From positions 384,001-448,000 of the forward strand of contig CAWEPZ010000002.1 of the NCBI GenBank assembly GCA_963811105.1: 64,000 nt of DNA. The letters are read 5' to 3'. Under the pieces are notes generated by a model that was not told the origin of the DNA, searched no databases, and saw only the letters and a list, made by a program, of their open reading frames with translations. This document shows, one piece after another, positions 51,005 to 62,200 of this stretch. A program made the translations under genes and the position numbers. Each line of letters begins with the position of its first letter. The first letter of the stretch is position 1. The stretch is from Candidatus Bathyarchaeota archaeon (GTDB lineage: Archaea; Thermoproteota; Bathyarchaeia; Bathyarchaeales; Bathycorpusculaceae).

Positions 51005-51817
51005 TCATAATCTCTTTTTAGCTTTGAAAAATTCCGTTAACACTGGAGCAATGGCTTCTGAGGTTATTGCATGCGTTTGATTCTCTATTGTTCGAAACTT
51101 TGCGTTAGGGATTGCTCTGCTAAGGGTTAGTGTTGTTTGTTTAATGAAAGGTAAACCAGCACCACCATGCATGACTAGTGTTGAAGCTGTTATACGTGAT
51201 ACACGTTCAGTGGGTACTGAACGGTCCGCACCCATCGCGGCAGCGTCATACATTAGGGTGGGCGCTACAGCCTCAAACATTGACCACATGGGGGATTTGC
51301 GCATGCCCTCAATTTGATCCGCAGGTGTACCGACAAACGTCATAAAGAGTGCCACCGCATCACCTCTGCTACCAGCAGCCAAGAACTGCGTAAGATGTTT
51401 ATTGTATTCCCTCCATTCTTCAGAGGCTGTTTCGCCGGACTTATATGGTGCCTCATAAACTGCTAGCTTCTTGACCTTAGCGCTGAGCTTGATTGCCGCC
51501 TCAATCGCCAAACATCCACCTGAGGAGACGCCATACAGATATGCCAACCCACTAATGCTATCTATCAGCGCTTCAATATCCTCGATTTCACGTTCAAGTG
51601 AATATGGTTTGTTATCACCGCTGTCGCCTCGCCCTCGTCGGTCGTACGTGATCACAGTGAAATGTGGTGAAAGTAGCTTAGCCAATTCGGGCATAGGTCC
51701 GAACGATCGAAAACCCAATGCTCCATCGATGAGTATGACCGTTGGTCCCTGACCTTGCTTGTCGTACGCGATTTCTGTACCGTCTTTTGAAAATAATTTG
51801 TTCATGTTATTTTCCAC
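51005..51817 (-). CDS. Alpha/beta hydrolase
   Basis: YDRRGRGDS, GVSSGG nucleophile elbow, C-terminal His (QTH). Confidence 0.9.
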   Translation of the reverse strand: MENNMNKLFSKDGTEIAYDKQGQGPTVILIDGALGFRSFGPMPELAKLLSPHFTVITYDRRGRGDSGDNKPYSLEREIEDIEALIDSISGLAYLYGVSSGGCLAIEAAIKLSAKVKKLAVYEAPYKSGETASEEWREYNKHLTQFLAAGSRGDAVALFMTFVGTPADQIEGMRKSPMWSMFEAVAPTLMYDAAAMGADRSVPTERVSRITASTLVMHGGAGLPFIKQTTLTLSRAIPNAKFRTIENQTHAITSEAIAPVLTEFFKAKKRL

Positions 51818-51866
51818 ACATTTTTTTCCTTTAGACAGTTAGGCGCTATCGGTCGGATAAAATCCT

Positions 51867-52310
51867 TTAAGAGAAGGCTCCGGTTGCGTTCGGTGCGTTC
51901 TGAGGAACCATTTGAGTGATATCCCAATATTCCACAATTTTGTCTCCACTGAAACGGAAAAGATGAACTTGCCTTAAGCCTCCTGCACTTGGATTAGAAC
52001 CTGAGATTTGAGTATGCACTGCAACCAGATCATCATCAGCAAGAACCTGCCTGATAATAAGCTTAAAATCAGCCGTCGACCCCTGTATTATTCCTTGTGC
52101 GCCTTGTTTTTGCACGGCAATCATTGCATCAATTAATTCCTTCATGCCACCCACGGTATATGGATTGTGAGTCTTACATTCAGGCGCAAAAAACGGTAGT
52201 CCATCCTTTGGTCTTCCCGAACCAACTAAATTAAAAAACTCAATTGCGATATCTTTACGGACTTTATTAACGTCGTTTTTAGGTACCTCAAAAAGTGTTT
52301 TGCTATTCAT
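51867..52310 (-). CDS. SnoaL/NTF2-like protein
   Basis: HNP, DDLVAVH, FRF..DKIVEYWD. Confidence 0.85.
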   Translation of the reverse strand: MNSKTLFEVPKNDVNKVRKDIAIEFFNLVGSGRPKDGLPFFAPECKTHNPYTVGGMKELIDAMIAVQKQGAQGIIQGSTADFKLIIRQVLADDDLVAVHTQISGSNPSAGGLRQVHLFRFSGDKIVEYWDITQMVPQNAPNATGAFS

Positions 52311-52353
52311 TTTTACACCTAAAAAAGGTTAGAAATTAAGAATATTTAAGCGT

Positions 52354-52602
52354 TTATGGCTTAGCTAAAACACCGACTACTTTGATCCTTTCCAGGACAT
52401 CTTCGGCGTGAGGGGCAATGTCCATCTGCTCCGTTAAATCTTCGCCCGCTCCATGACCTAAGTGATCCCCTCCTATCCACTGGGAGGAGTCGGTCACATC
52501 GTAGACCTTACCTTTGTAAGCAACATATGCAGACTTGTCCTCTTTTCCATTAAACGTACTTAATTCTTGAATAGTGAATTCGTGTTCTTTTTCTCGGTCC
52601 AT
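52354..52602 (-). CDS. Cytochrome b5-like heme/steroid-binding protein
   Basis: FT..EL..FNG..YVAYKGKVYDVT..W.GG.H..H.AG.DLT..APH. Confidence 0.9.
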   Translation of the reverse strand: MDREKEHEFTIQELSTFNGKEDKSAYVAYKGKVYDVTDSSQWIGGDHLGHGAGEDLTEQMDIAPHAEDVLERIKVVGVLAKP

Positions 52603-52785
52603 GTGCTTTCATCTCGTATGTTTGGTTAATATTCAACATTATATTAACTTTGGAAGCAATAACTCTCTGTTGTTGCTAATTAGCAATCACACAAAACAAA
52701 ATCAATCTGTTAACTACTTCTCACATAATTTATGGTTCTAATTTATCTTCTTTTGCTATAACGATTACAGACAAATTCTGAACTC

Positions 52786-53010
52786 TTAACAAAATTTCTT
52801 ATTCAACGCGTCAGCTTTTGAACCACCATGTAAAGCTATAAGATCAGCTATCTCAGCTCTCTGCATTTCTTCTTCTGTTTTTGGATCAATTCCACCTTGA
52901 ACGTTTAGTTCGCTTGGATCGACAGTCTCTTCTTTCTTGGAAATGAAGATACAGTTGTAACAGTTGGTTCCAATAACTTTTTGTTGTCCCATAAAAAAAA
53001 TCCATATCAA
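52786..53010 (-). CDS. Small CxxC protein, possibly truncated
   Basis: GTNCYNC motif; lies in the co-oriented cluster. Confidence 0.45.
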   Translation of the reverse strand: MIWIFFMGQQKVIGTNCYNCIFISKKEETVDPSELNVQGGIDPKTEEEMQRAEIADLIALHGGSKADALNKKFC

Positions 53011-53060
53011 ATTACCTCAGTGTCCAATTTAAGGAATGCGTCAAATCGCTCTACATTGTT

Positions 53061-53828
53061 TTAAGCTATAATTTTGGTAAGAAACAATACTAAAAAAAAT
53101 CCAATTAGGAAGAAACTGATCGTAACGATTGGGCGATTCATTCTATAGGCATCAGGTAGGAGCGTTCCCCCACCTATGTAAAAGAAGCTACCGACTAGAA
53201 AGGATAAAGAAAAAACTAAAAAATATTCCTGAATTGCACCAAAAAGAGTGGCGGCAGCACCTATAACTGGAGCTATGGCGTCCACAAATAGCAGTCTAAT
53301 GGAAGATTTTAATGAATTGCCAGAATTTAGCATAAGAGCTAATGTACTTATGCCATCGCAAAAATCATGCGAAACCACTGCTATCGCCACAACTATTCCT
53401 AAGCCCAATTGAAGTTGAAAGCTTAAACCTATCGCAAGACCTTCAAGAAATCCATGCGAACAAAACTCCAATGTAGCGAGCAATCCAATTCTCGGCTGAA
53501 GACTACTTTTTGTCATTGTGTGCTTCTTAATGTGAAACATAGAGAAAACACGTTCAAGGGCAAAGAGAAAAACAAATCCGAAAGTACCTGTTAGCAGAAG
53601 TTTGTCTAAAGAGATTTGCGCTTTGGGTGCAAGTGTTAATATTTCGGGCAAAAGGTCGAATGATGCAAGTGCAATAAAGAAGCCCGCTGATAATGCACAA
53701 ACAATTCCAATGTTGGTCTTAAATTTTTTTATGAATATGCCTGCAGATAACGTTGCCACAAATGCTATACTAGCGGACAGTAGTATTGGCAGAGTATTCA
53801 TTTGGTTGATATCCTTAATTTGAGTCAA
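53061..53828 (-). CDS. ZIP-family divalent metal transporter
   Basis: DLLPE, HGFLEGLAIG, HDFCDG. Confidence 0.88.
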   Translation of the reverse strand: MTQIKDINQMNTLPILLSASIAFVATLSAGIFIKKFKTNIGIVCALSAGFFIALASFDLLPEILTLAPKAQISLDKLLLTGTFGFVFLFALERVFSMFHIKKHTMTKSSLQPRIGLLATLEFCSHGFLEGLAIGLSFQLQLGLGIVVAIAVVSHDFCDGISTLALMLNSGNSLKSSIRLLFVDAIAPVIGAAATLFGAIQEYFLVFSLSFLVGSFFYIGGGTLLPDAYRMNRPIVTISFFLIGFFLVLFLTKIIA

Positions 53829-53832
53829 AAAT

Positions 53833-54384
53833 TTAGAAGTATTCTATGCTGCAGGCAAATGGTCGCGTTTCTGGGGTTCTGACTTCTTTGCTCTCAAGTA
53901 GGTCATCTAAAGCGTTTCGTAAATCACTTTTTGTTACTTTGGAAGGGTCACGAGAATCATCCACTCGTCCTCTATATCGCAGTTTCCTATGATTATCAAG
54001 AACAAACGCATGCAAGGTAACAAGGGCGCCGTAGCTTTTTGCAACTGATTGATCTTCATCTTTTATGTAAGGAAAATTAAGATGTCTGTCCTCTGCCATG
54101 TCAATCATTTGCGATAATGCTTCAGTTGAAAAAAAGTATTGGTTGTCCGAGTTTACGCCGATAAGCTGTACGCTTTTTGGTCCATATTCATTTTGGATTG
54201 CCTCTAGCCTATCGGTGTATACCCTTGCTGTTGGGCATCGATTAGCCATGAAGAGTAGAATTATTATTTGTTTGTCATCGAAGTTAGATAGTGAATATTT
54301 TTTGCCGTCAACCGCTGGCAAGTTTGTGAAGGATGGTGCTTTTTGCCCAATTTCGAATGGGTAAGTTATAGAAAAAAGGGCCAA
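53833..54384 (-). CDS. Thioredoxin/AhpC-TSA family protein
   Basis: IGQKAP.F.L, ANRCP, LRYRGRVDD, ACSI. Confidence 0.85.
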   Translation of the reverse strand: MALFSITYPFEIGQKAPSFTNLPAVDGKKYSLSNFDDKQIIILLFMANRCPTARVYTDRLEAIQNEYGPKSVQLIGVNSDNQYFFSTEALSQMIDMAEDRHLNFPYIKDEDQSVAKSYGALVTLHAFVLDNHRKLRYRGRVDDSRDPSKVTKSDLRNALDDLLESKEVRTPETRPFACSIEYF

Positions 54385-54405
54385 AACTGTAGTCTCACTG
54401 CTTTT

Positions 54406-54942
54406 TTAGAACTTGTTTGGGAATTGTTTGATTACGCCTTCGGAGAGAGTGTCTGCTATGAGCATGCCTTCTGTGAAGTACTCATCGAGTTTTTTGATGT
54501 CTTCTGAGTAGTTTTTGGATAGTCTTGCTGTCGCAAATTCTTTTATCAATTGCAAATGTAGATGCAGAAGATCTGCAGCATCTTTCTTTGGCCAATTTGG
54601 ATTAGCGGAAGCCAAAAAAGCCGCAATATCATCTGCGTTGGCAATCCATTTTTTGTCGCTTTCGGCGAATTTCTTTTGGTCACCAGACTTTGCTGCTGCC
54701 ACAACTTCTGTGGCAATTATTATGTGCTGTTTAAGAAGGTCGGTTAGTTTGTTTCCTGCTTCCTTTCCGTAGTATGGGACTATGGCGTTTCCAATGTCTT
54801 CTTGGTTTCTAAGTAATCTACCTGCAACGGTTTGGGCGTCTGGGATATCGGCGAAGGCTGAGGTGATGTATAGTCGTGTATATACAGTATGGTCCATCCA
54901 AAGTCTACGCATCGCTTGTTTGAGAGATTGACTTGCTGACAT
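54406..54942 (-). CDS. His-rich four-helix-bundle protein
   Basis: LWMDH, RLLRNQEDIG, LLKQHI, LHLHL. Confidence 0.75.
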   Translation of the reverse strand: MSASQSLKQAMRRLWMDHTVYTRLYITSAFADIPDAQTVAGRLLRNQEDIGNAIVPYYGKEAGNKLTDLLKQHIIIATEVVAAAKSGDQKKFAESDKKWIANADDIAAFLASANPNWPKKDAADLLHLHLQLIKEFATARLSKNYSEDIKKLDEYFTEGMLIADTLSEGVIKQFPNKF

Positions 54943-55025
54943 AAAATCACACGTGTGCAGAGGAAGAAAGGGCTATTTAAGCGGTTGTGGCTGTACGTAA
55001 ACAACAACAAAAGCGATTTTTTTGT

Positions 55026-55193
55026 TTATTTGTCCAAAATGCTTTTGGCATCTAACATGTATTTTTCAGGGTCTTCATCAAACTCTAACTTGCACATAGG
55101 TCCGCAGAAATAGTAAGTTTTGTCTTTGTACTCTGATTTCCATTTTGAAGTTTTCTCATCGACATTCATTCCACAAACAACATCTGTTTCCAA
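55026..55193 (-). CDS. YHS/TRASH metal-binding protein (55 aa, not in ORF track)
   Basis: DVVCGMNVD..YKDKTYYFCGPMCKLEFDEDPEKY. Confidence 0.88.
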   Translation of the reverse strand: METDVVCGMNVDEKTSKWKSEYKDKTYYFCGPMCKLEFDEDPEKYMLDAKSILDK

Positions 55194-55422
55194 AAGTTTC
55201 CCTTGTCTTATATGAAAAGAAAGCGTTATTTCTTTTTCTATTCACAGGACCCTTGTTATCAATTCTCTGATGAATTAACGAAAGCATCTTCGAAGAATAG
55301 TTCTATTTAATGACCTCTTGACTTTTTGTATTTTGCTGCTTCTTGGTTTTTTTTGTTTGTAGTAGGTGGTTTGATAAGCCTACTCTTACTTGGCGTTTAC
55401 GCATTAAAAATAGTAAGTTGGG

Positions 55423-56532
55423 CATGACTTACTCCAAATGGGCAGGACGACCCACCTCAATCTGCGAAATAAATGGTATAACTGCTTAAGCGGTTTTAAT
55501 TTCCCATTTCAAACAAACTTTTTCGTGCCGTTACTTTGTAGGCTAGAATTATAGGCTTACTCTCAGCCTCTGTTGTGCTGTAAAAGCCAAACAGCATACG
55601 CGGAGGTGAAAGTAAGCCTGGAATACAATAATACAGCTTTCAATTTAGACTTAGCTGGGATCATCCAAGAAATCAACACCCAGTCAAAGCTGCAACTTAC
55701 ACAGCAAATCGAGAAATACCAACAACAAATAATAGCTTATCTCTGTGGTCCAAAGTACTCACGTAATCATACATTCAAGAGAGCAGGCACTTACACAAAA
55801 GAGTTAACGACCTCACTTGGAACCACTCGCTTCAAAGCGCAAAAAATCAGAAGAAGAACCGACAACACCCTCACTTGCCCCATCATTGAATGTTTAGATG
55901 TTAAACGACGTAGACGCCAACCATCTTCAACTTTGCATTCTACACGCAATTAAGTACTTGCTATTCACTCTGTGGGGCGAAGGCATGAGCAAAGATGACA
56001 GAGCAAAAGTCAAAGTCGCAGTAAAAGAAGCACTCTTCACTCTGGTAAACTCAACCAAGAAGCATCTGGAAGACAAAGACTACGATAGTCTGCAAGAGAG
56101 AATCGACAAAACTCTAAAGACGCTAAACGAAATGGCCAGACAACTACAAGACGACGGCTACAATAGGGCCGCAGAATTTCTAAAAAAGAACAGCCGGTTC
56201 GTCTTAACCTTTGCTCAGCTTGCGCTTTTGGGCATAAGGATACCCTACACTACTAACAAAATTGAACGGCTCATGGGAGAAGTCTCCAAACGCTGCAAAC
56301 ATAAGTGGATGCACTGGTCCACAGTAGGCCTCAAAGACATCCTTACAATCGTACTCGTAAGATACACAAACAAACCACTCTACGAAGACTTCAAAAAAGC
56401 ATATATCCACAACACAATCATTCACTAGAACAGCATACAGCACAACTCTAACCTACAACTGCACAGCACCAACTTTTTTGTTTTTGTTCATCAACCAACA
56501 AGGCTTCACCGTATTTTTCCAAGTAAGTCAGG
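55423..56532 (+). mobile_element. Internally deleted ISH6/IS256-like element
   Basis: Transposase N-fragment (RAGT..KEL.TSLG) fused out of frame to C-fragment (QLCILH..TTNKIERLMGE..KR); imperfect TIR core TGACTTACT 55425-33 / AGTAAGTCA 56522-30. Confidence 0.7.
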
Positions 56533-57031
56533 TGTGCTCAGGTGGTTTAGTGATTGAGGATCGCCGATTTTTTTGGCATATATGCTTCACCCAGGCACTA
56601 AAGGCGCGTTCCTTATCAAGCGTGCAGCACACTGCTTGAAGCAGGGTCTCAAGCAGATATACACTATGATTTGGAATATGCGATAAAGTCTTGAAGGTCT
56701 AATAAACATTCAAATTTAGAGGCGATTTTTCTGGCGGTATCCAAACTGCTTTGCTTTTAACTGCCTCTCGCTTGGAAGTCAAAGGACAGGGTAAACCTAA
56801 AGCTTTAAGCAAGCTTTTCGCGGTTTTTCCAGTCTCTTCCATGCCGTCCCTGATTAGACCCACCCTTTACTTGCTTTTTGAAATAAGAGTGACTTTGTTG
56901 TCGTCTTGTCACAGTCACATATACTTAAGAAAGCTTGAACCCGCTTATAGATTGTTAAGGTGTAAATTATGCGCAAAAAAGAAACTCAGCAGCCTCACAC
57001 GTCGGGAGCGCCGTCATCTCAAGAGATACCA

Positions 57032-57151
57032 ATGAGTGGAATAGAACCAAGCCAGATTCCTTGTCCAGACTGCGGAAAAACCTTCAAGACCCACTCGGAA
57101 ATGGAGAGACACAGAGATACAACACACCATGAAACAAAAGGACACGAGTAA
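57032..57151 (+). CDS. C2H2 zinc-finger micro-protein
   Basis: CPDCGKTFKTHSEMERHRDTTH. Confidence 0.75.
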   Translation: MSGIEPSQIPCPDCGKTFKTHSEMERHRDTTHHETKGHE

Positions 57152-57342
57152 TAACCACTAAGTTAAAACTCAACAAAATCTGCAAATTCAAACGAACTTT
57201 TGGTCTTGACTAACGTTCGCCAAGGTCTCTTGACTAATTAGCAATTATTAATTATTTCAATGACTGGCTTAAGCGGATCCTCCGAAGGCAGACTTTCTGT
57301 GATTTGTAAGAGAATGATTCTATTTTTCAAGAATAGTCAAAA

Positions 57343-59085
57343 CTACGTTTTGCAGGCTAAGGGCAATCTAACTGTGAAAGTTGAACCTTTGCCCTTTTCA
57401 GACTCCACAGCAATGGTTCCGTTGTGTACTTGCACAAATTTTTGGCAAATCGCAAGTCCAATGCCCATACCCTTAATCTTTGTGGTATAGAATGGTTTGA
57501 ATAATTGTGCCCTGATTTCGTTTGGAATGCCTTTTCCTGTGTCTTTGAAAGCAACTTCAACAAAACCATTAAATTCTCCGGTGGTAATCGTAAGTATCCC
57601 GTTTTGGGACATGGCGTCCACCGCGTTTTCAATGAGGTTTTGGAACACACGATTTAATTGATTAGCATCTACTCTTAACAACGGCACTTGTTTAAATTGC
57701 CGCTGGACAGCTACCCCGTCGGGTATTTTCATGTTTCGCAGGCTTTCATCGATCAAAATGTTCATGTCTGCTTGACTACGCAAGGGTTCCCTGTCGGTTG
57801 TATAATCTTTTAATTCAAGAACGATGTTGTCAGCATATGCAAGACTCTCTTCTATGATGGTGAGCATTTTCTGAGCTTTGGCCATATCTGGAACAAAAGA
57901 TGAAGGCTTTGCATGCTGTATAACGCTTTTAGCAAGGTAAGTTGCGTTCCGTATATATTGCAAGGGATTGGCCAAATCATGCCCCACCATTGTTGCAGCC
58001 TCACCAACAGAGGCTAAGCGCTCTGCTTTGATTAGTTTTTCTTGCATTTGCTTTTGCGTAGTTATGTCATGAACTACACAAGTAAAGCCTAGATTTTGGC
58101 TTTGTTTACCTTCAACGGCAGAACCTGCGAATTCAACCATTCGAATCTCACCCGATTTTACCCTAAAAGCTACCTCAAAATCTTCAAGTTTTTTATCCTT
58201 TTTCAATGCCGCCAACGCAAACATTCCTTGATGCTCATCACTAAAAAAGTTGAATAATGATTTTCCATTCAATTCTTCAGGGGAAAAACTCGTCAATTCT
58301 ACAAACGAATTGTTAACTCGAAAAATAATGCCTTGGTTGTCGGTGAGGATAAGTGAATCTGGCATGATTTCAATGAGGTTTTCTGCGGCTAAAGCAGGGT
58401 TCAAACTAAACAGGTAATACTTCCATATTGCATAGCCCACAAAAATGCTCACAAACATCGTTGAAATATTGCCTAAGGGTAGATCGTTAATATTGAAATA
58501 TGGAGGAATTACTGTTGTGGCTATGTTTACGATAAAGGGGATTGCAAAACCTACTGTCACGAGTTTTATCGGGTCTTGGTTAAATTTTTCCTTTGTGCGA
58601 TAATAGTATTTTATGCATACAAAGAGGGATAGAACACCAAGTATCACACCCCAAATGTTTCCAATCACATAGAAGTAGGGATTTGATGGAACGCTATACG
58701 TGAAGCCGAAAAATTCAGAAATAATAGGTCCAGATATTAAACCAGTTGTTAAATCAAGAATGGATAGGAAAACTGCTGGAGCATAAATCACCGCGTAGCT
58801 TGCTTTATGGTTGAGTAACCTATTTTTAGTAAAAACTAAGCTGAAGTGAAACAGAAGTGCTAAGCTGAAAGGCCAAAGGAAACTTGTTTTGTTCCAGATG
58901 TGTGCTTCATTTGTGTTGACCGAGTTACGCATCAAGAAATCAGTAAGTGCCCAATAAGACGCGAAAAGAAAAGTAAGCGTAAAAAGCTTGTTTAATCTTT
59001 CTTTTCTGTTCAGTTGATAAACAAGGATCCCTATGACTAGGCATACTACACTTGAAAGCAGTAAGAGCCCCGTGTATATATTCAT
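57343..59085 (-). CDS. 7TM (HisKA_7TM) - PAS sensor histidine kinase
   Basis: Seven TM segments, PAS, GHDLANPL, NA.DAM, DTGKG, GMGIGL. Confidence 0.92.
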   Translation of the reverse strand: MNIYTGLLLLSSVVCLVIGILVYQLNRKERLNKLFTLTFLFASYWALTDFLMRNSVNTNEAHIWNKTSFLWPFSLALLFHFSLVFTKNRLLNHKASYAVIYAPAVFLSILDLTTGLISGPIISEFFGFTYSVPSNPYFYVIGNIWGVILGVLSLFVCIKYYYRTKEKFNQDPIKLVTVGFAIPFIVNIATTVIPPYFNINDLPLGNISTMFVSIFVGYAIWKYYLFSLNPALAAENLIEIMPDSLILTDNQGIIFRVNNSFVELTSFSPEELNGKSLFNFFSDEHQGMFALAALKKDKKLEDFEVAFRVKSGEIRMVEFAGSAVEGKQSQNLGFTCVVHDITTQKQMQEKLIKAERLASVGEAATMVGHDLANPLQYIRNATYLAKSVIQHAKPSSFVPDMAKAQKMLTIIEESLAYADNIVLELKDYTTDREPLRSQADMNILIDESLRNMKIPDGVAVQRQFKQVPLLRVDANQLNRVFQNLIENAVDAMSQNGILTITTGEFNGFVEVAFKDTGKGIPNEIRAQLFKPFYTTKIKGMGIGLAICQKFVQVHNGTIAVESEKGKGSTFTVRLPLACKT

Positions 59086-59234
59086 CTATTCATTTCCCAA
59101 CTGTTTACTTTCGGATTTTTTATGTGGCTGAGGCATGCGCCAAACCAAATTAATTTCCTGTTTTTCTCTTTAAGTGTTAAGAGATTGATTCGAGTCGAAA
59201 CATACACTAGTCTTTGCAGACTTGATATCCCCGT

Positions 59235-62200
59235 TTATGCGGTTTGATAGTTTTCTTTTCCACTCTTGTTTAGTTTAGGAATGGTTATAGTGAATTTGGC
59301 TCCTTTGCTTGGTTCTCCGTTCTCTTCAATTCCCCAACCATAAACATCTATCATTTTTTTGGTTAGGAATAGCCCGAAGCCTGTGCTGCCGCCTGTGCTG
59401 AAGCCCTCCGAGAAGAGTTTAGGTTTATTCTCAGTTGAAATTCCTACACCGTCATCTTCATAAACCAATTTTAGGCTGTCTTGACTAGTTTTTTCGCAGT
59501 GCACTTTTATGGTTGTGGTTTTTTGTCCGTATTTACTTGTGTTGTCAATGAAATTGTAGAATAGTTGCCTTAGAAATGAATCTGCCAAAACTGTTAAGCC
59601 GTGGCATTCGTTTATTATTTTTGCAAGTGAGCCGGAGAAAAGGGTGGTTGCTTCGTTTAGTTTGGCCTCAACGTCGATGTACGTTAATTCTTCTGCGCCT
59701 AGTTGTTCATACATTTTGGCGAACTCAAAAATTCTAACCGTTTCCTTAACGGCCTGCTCCATCTTGCTGAGACCCTCCATAATGTCTGCTTGATCCGCGT
59801 GTTTTTTCTTAAGCAAATACGCATATCCAGTTACTGCAGAAAGCTTATTGCGGACATCATGTCTAGTTAAACTGCCCACCACACGCAACTTCTCATTCAT
59901 CAGCTCAATTCGTTGGTTGCTTTCTTCTAGTTTCTTCTCATTTTTTTTGCGTTCAGTAATGTCCACGAAGAATGCAACTGTCGAAACGAACTTCCCGTCC
60001 TTGAATATAGGGCAGGCGTTGCCACTTACGACAATCTCCTTCCCATCTTTAGTAACGAAAACAGTCTCAACGTCACGAATACATGTTCCATTCATGACTT
60101 GCTTAAAGACATTCATGCAATATTGAAGGTGATCTTTTTGAATCGTATTCATTATAGTGATCCCTTCAAGGTCCATGTCAGTGTAACCTAACGTTTTTTT
60201 CCATTCTTCATTAACAAAGACGTACTTGCCCTGAGCATCAACGGATTGAACAAGTACATTAGCCGCAGTAAGTAAAGTTCTGTGTTTTTCTTCAGCCTGC
60301 TTAAGATCCGCCTCAGCTTGTTTGCGTTCAATGGTTTTTCCTAATCGTTCTGCGACGACATTTATTAAATTTCTTTCTTCGATCATAAATGGGCCTTCAC
60401 CAACAACAGGCCTTTCTTCAAGGTAGCTGATCTCGACAAAACCGGTTCTTTTTCCATTTACATTAATGTCAGATTGCAGTATCCATTGCGTTTCATTGAA
60501 GTTTTTCGTTGAAAATGTTTGATTTTCAACAACTATTTTCGCGCAGGCAATATCAGGATACTGCATTGCAAGAGGAAGCAGTTTAACTGTTTCTATCAAA
60601 GCATTTTTTAATAAAACGTCTGATTTCTCAAAAATCTTTGAAATACCGTAAATGCAGTTGAGCTCTTTAACCCGCTCACCCATGTCATGAAGAAGCCTGC
60701 TTTGTTCGTCCTGAGCTTTCTTGAGTTCAGTGACGTCTCTAACTGTAGCTTGCAAAACATCTCGGTTATTTAAATGCAATCTAGTTAGAAGCACATCCGC
60801 TGGAAAAGTTGTTCCATCTGTTCGTTTATGAATCCAAAAGAAACTATCCTTGCCTGTCGACAGGGCTTTTTTGATGTGGTTATTTGCTAATTCAAGAGAA
60901 GATGAACCATCGGGCTGCAAAGTAGGTGACAAATCTGCCGGGTGGTTCTTCGTGAACTCTTCTACCGACGTATAGCCAAACAGTGACAGAGTGGCAGTGT
61001 TACAGTCAAAAAACCCTTTTTCGTCAAGCAGCATTAATGCATCCATTGATGACTCAAAAGTGGTTTCGTATTTCTCTTGACTTTCCCGTAGTTTCTCTTC
61101 CGCAGCTTTGCGCTCGGAGATATCTCTAGCTTCGCTTAAGACCAAATTTTGGTCGTCGAATTCGATGACTTGTGCATGTATTTCAACAGGTATTACTGTT
61201 TTGTCTTTGCACAAGTTCGCGGCTTCAAATGTAGCCTCGCCATTGTCGAGTAACTCTTTCATTTGAGATCCAAAAAATTCTGATTTGCTTGGTACCTCTA
61301 AGTCTTGAATGCTTAGCGCTTGGAATTCTTCTTTTGTATAGCCTCTTGTCTTGTGAGCTGCCTCGTTGAAATAGAAAAGTTTTCCATCTAAATCATGCAC
61401 CATTATCGAGTCTGAAGCTGCATCAAATAGATTTGCTGAAATATGCATCTCCATTTCCGCTAGCTTAAGTGTAGTTATGTCTTTGGCAATGTGAATAACC
61501 TGAGCGATTTCACCTCGGTCATCTAGAATAGGCGATGTAGTTACCAATAGTGGTATGCCTAAGTTTGGGTCGTTGACTTCTTCGGTGACTATTTGCTTTG
61601 TTTCAAAAGTTTTTGTAGCGGGACAATTACACCAAGGCGCCTTCGTGCCGTGTACGATTTCGTAACAATGCTTGCCAATTAATTCCTCAGGCTCTTTCTT
61701 AAAGGCATCACAGGTGGCTTTGTTAACTTTGGTGATAACCCGGTTCTTATCCATGACAAACAACAGGTCGCCAATACCATCAAAAATCCCGCGGATTTCA
61801 TTGGATTTGGCTTTCTCCTCTATTTCGCATTGTTTGCGTTCTGAGGTATCTCTGAAAAAACCTACCAAACATTCTTGGTTCCAAATACGTGACACTTTGC
61901 TAGTAACATCACAATAAACCACTTTTCCATCTTTTCTCAAAACTGGAATGTCGCTCGCAAGAATCACTTTTCCCTTAGTTTGGTTTGCAAACTCGCCAAC
62001 TGCATTAGACAAATCTTCTCTAGGATGAATATCATCCACCCCCAACAAGAGCAGTTCCTTCAACGAGTAACCTGTCAATTCACACATCGCGAAATTAGCA
62101 AAAACAAAACTCTTAGTCTTAACATCAGCAACTAGAATACCCTCAGACGCGCCTTCAAAGATTGTTCTAAAGCGCTCTTCCGACTCTCGCAACGCCTCTC

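Noticed and set aside
40000-56500. Integron cassette array
   Set aside because: Genes are in mixed orientation, there are no repeated canonical RYYYAAC..GTTRRRY attC pairs, and no IntI is present.
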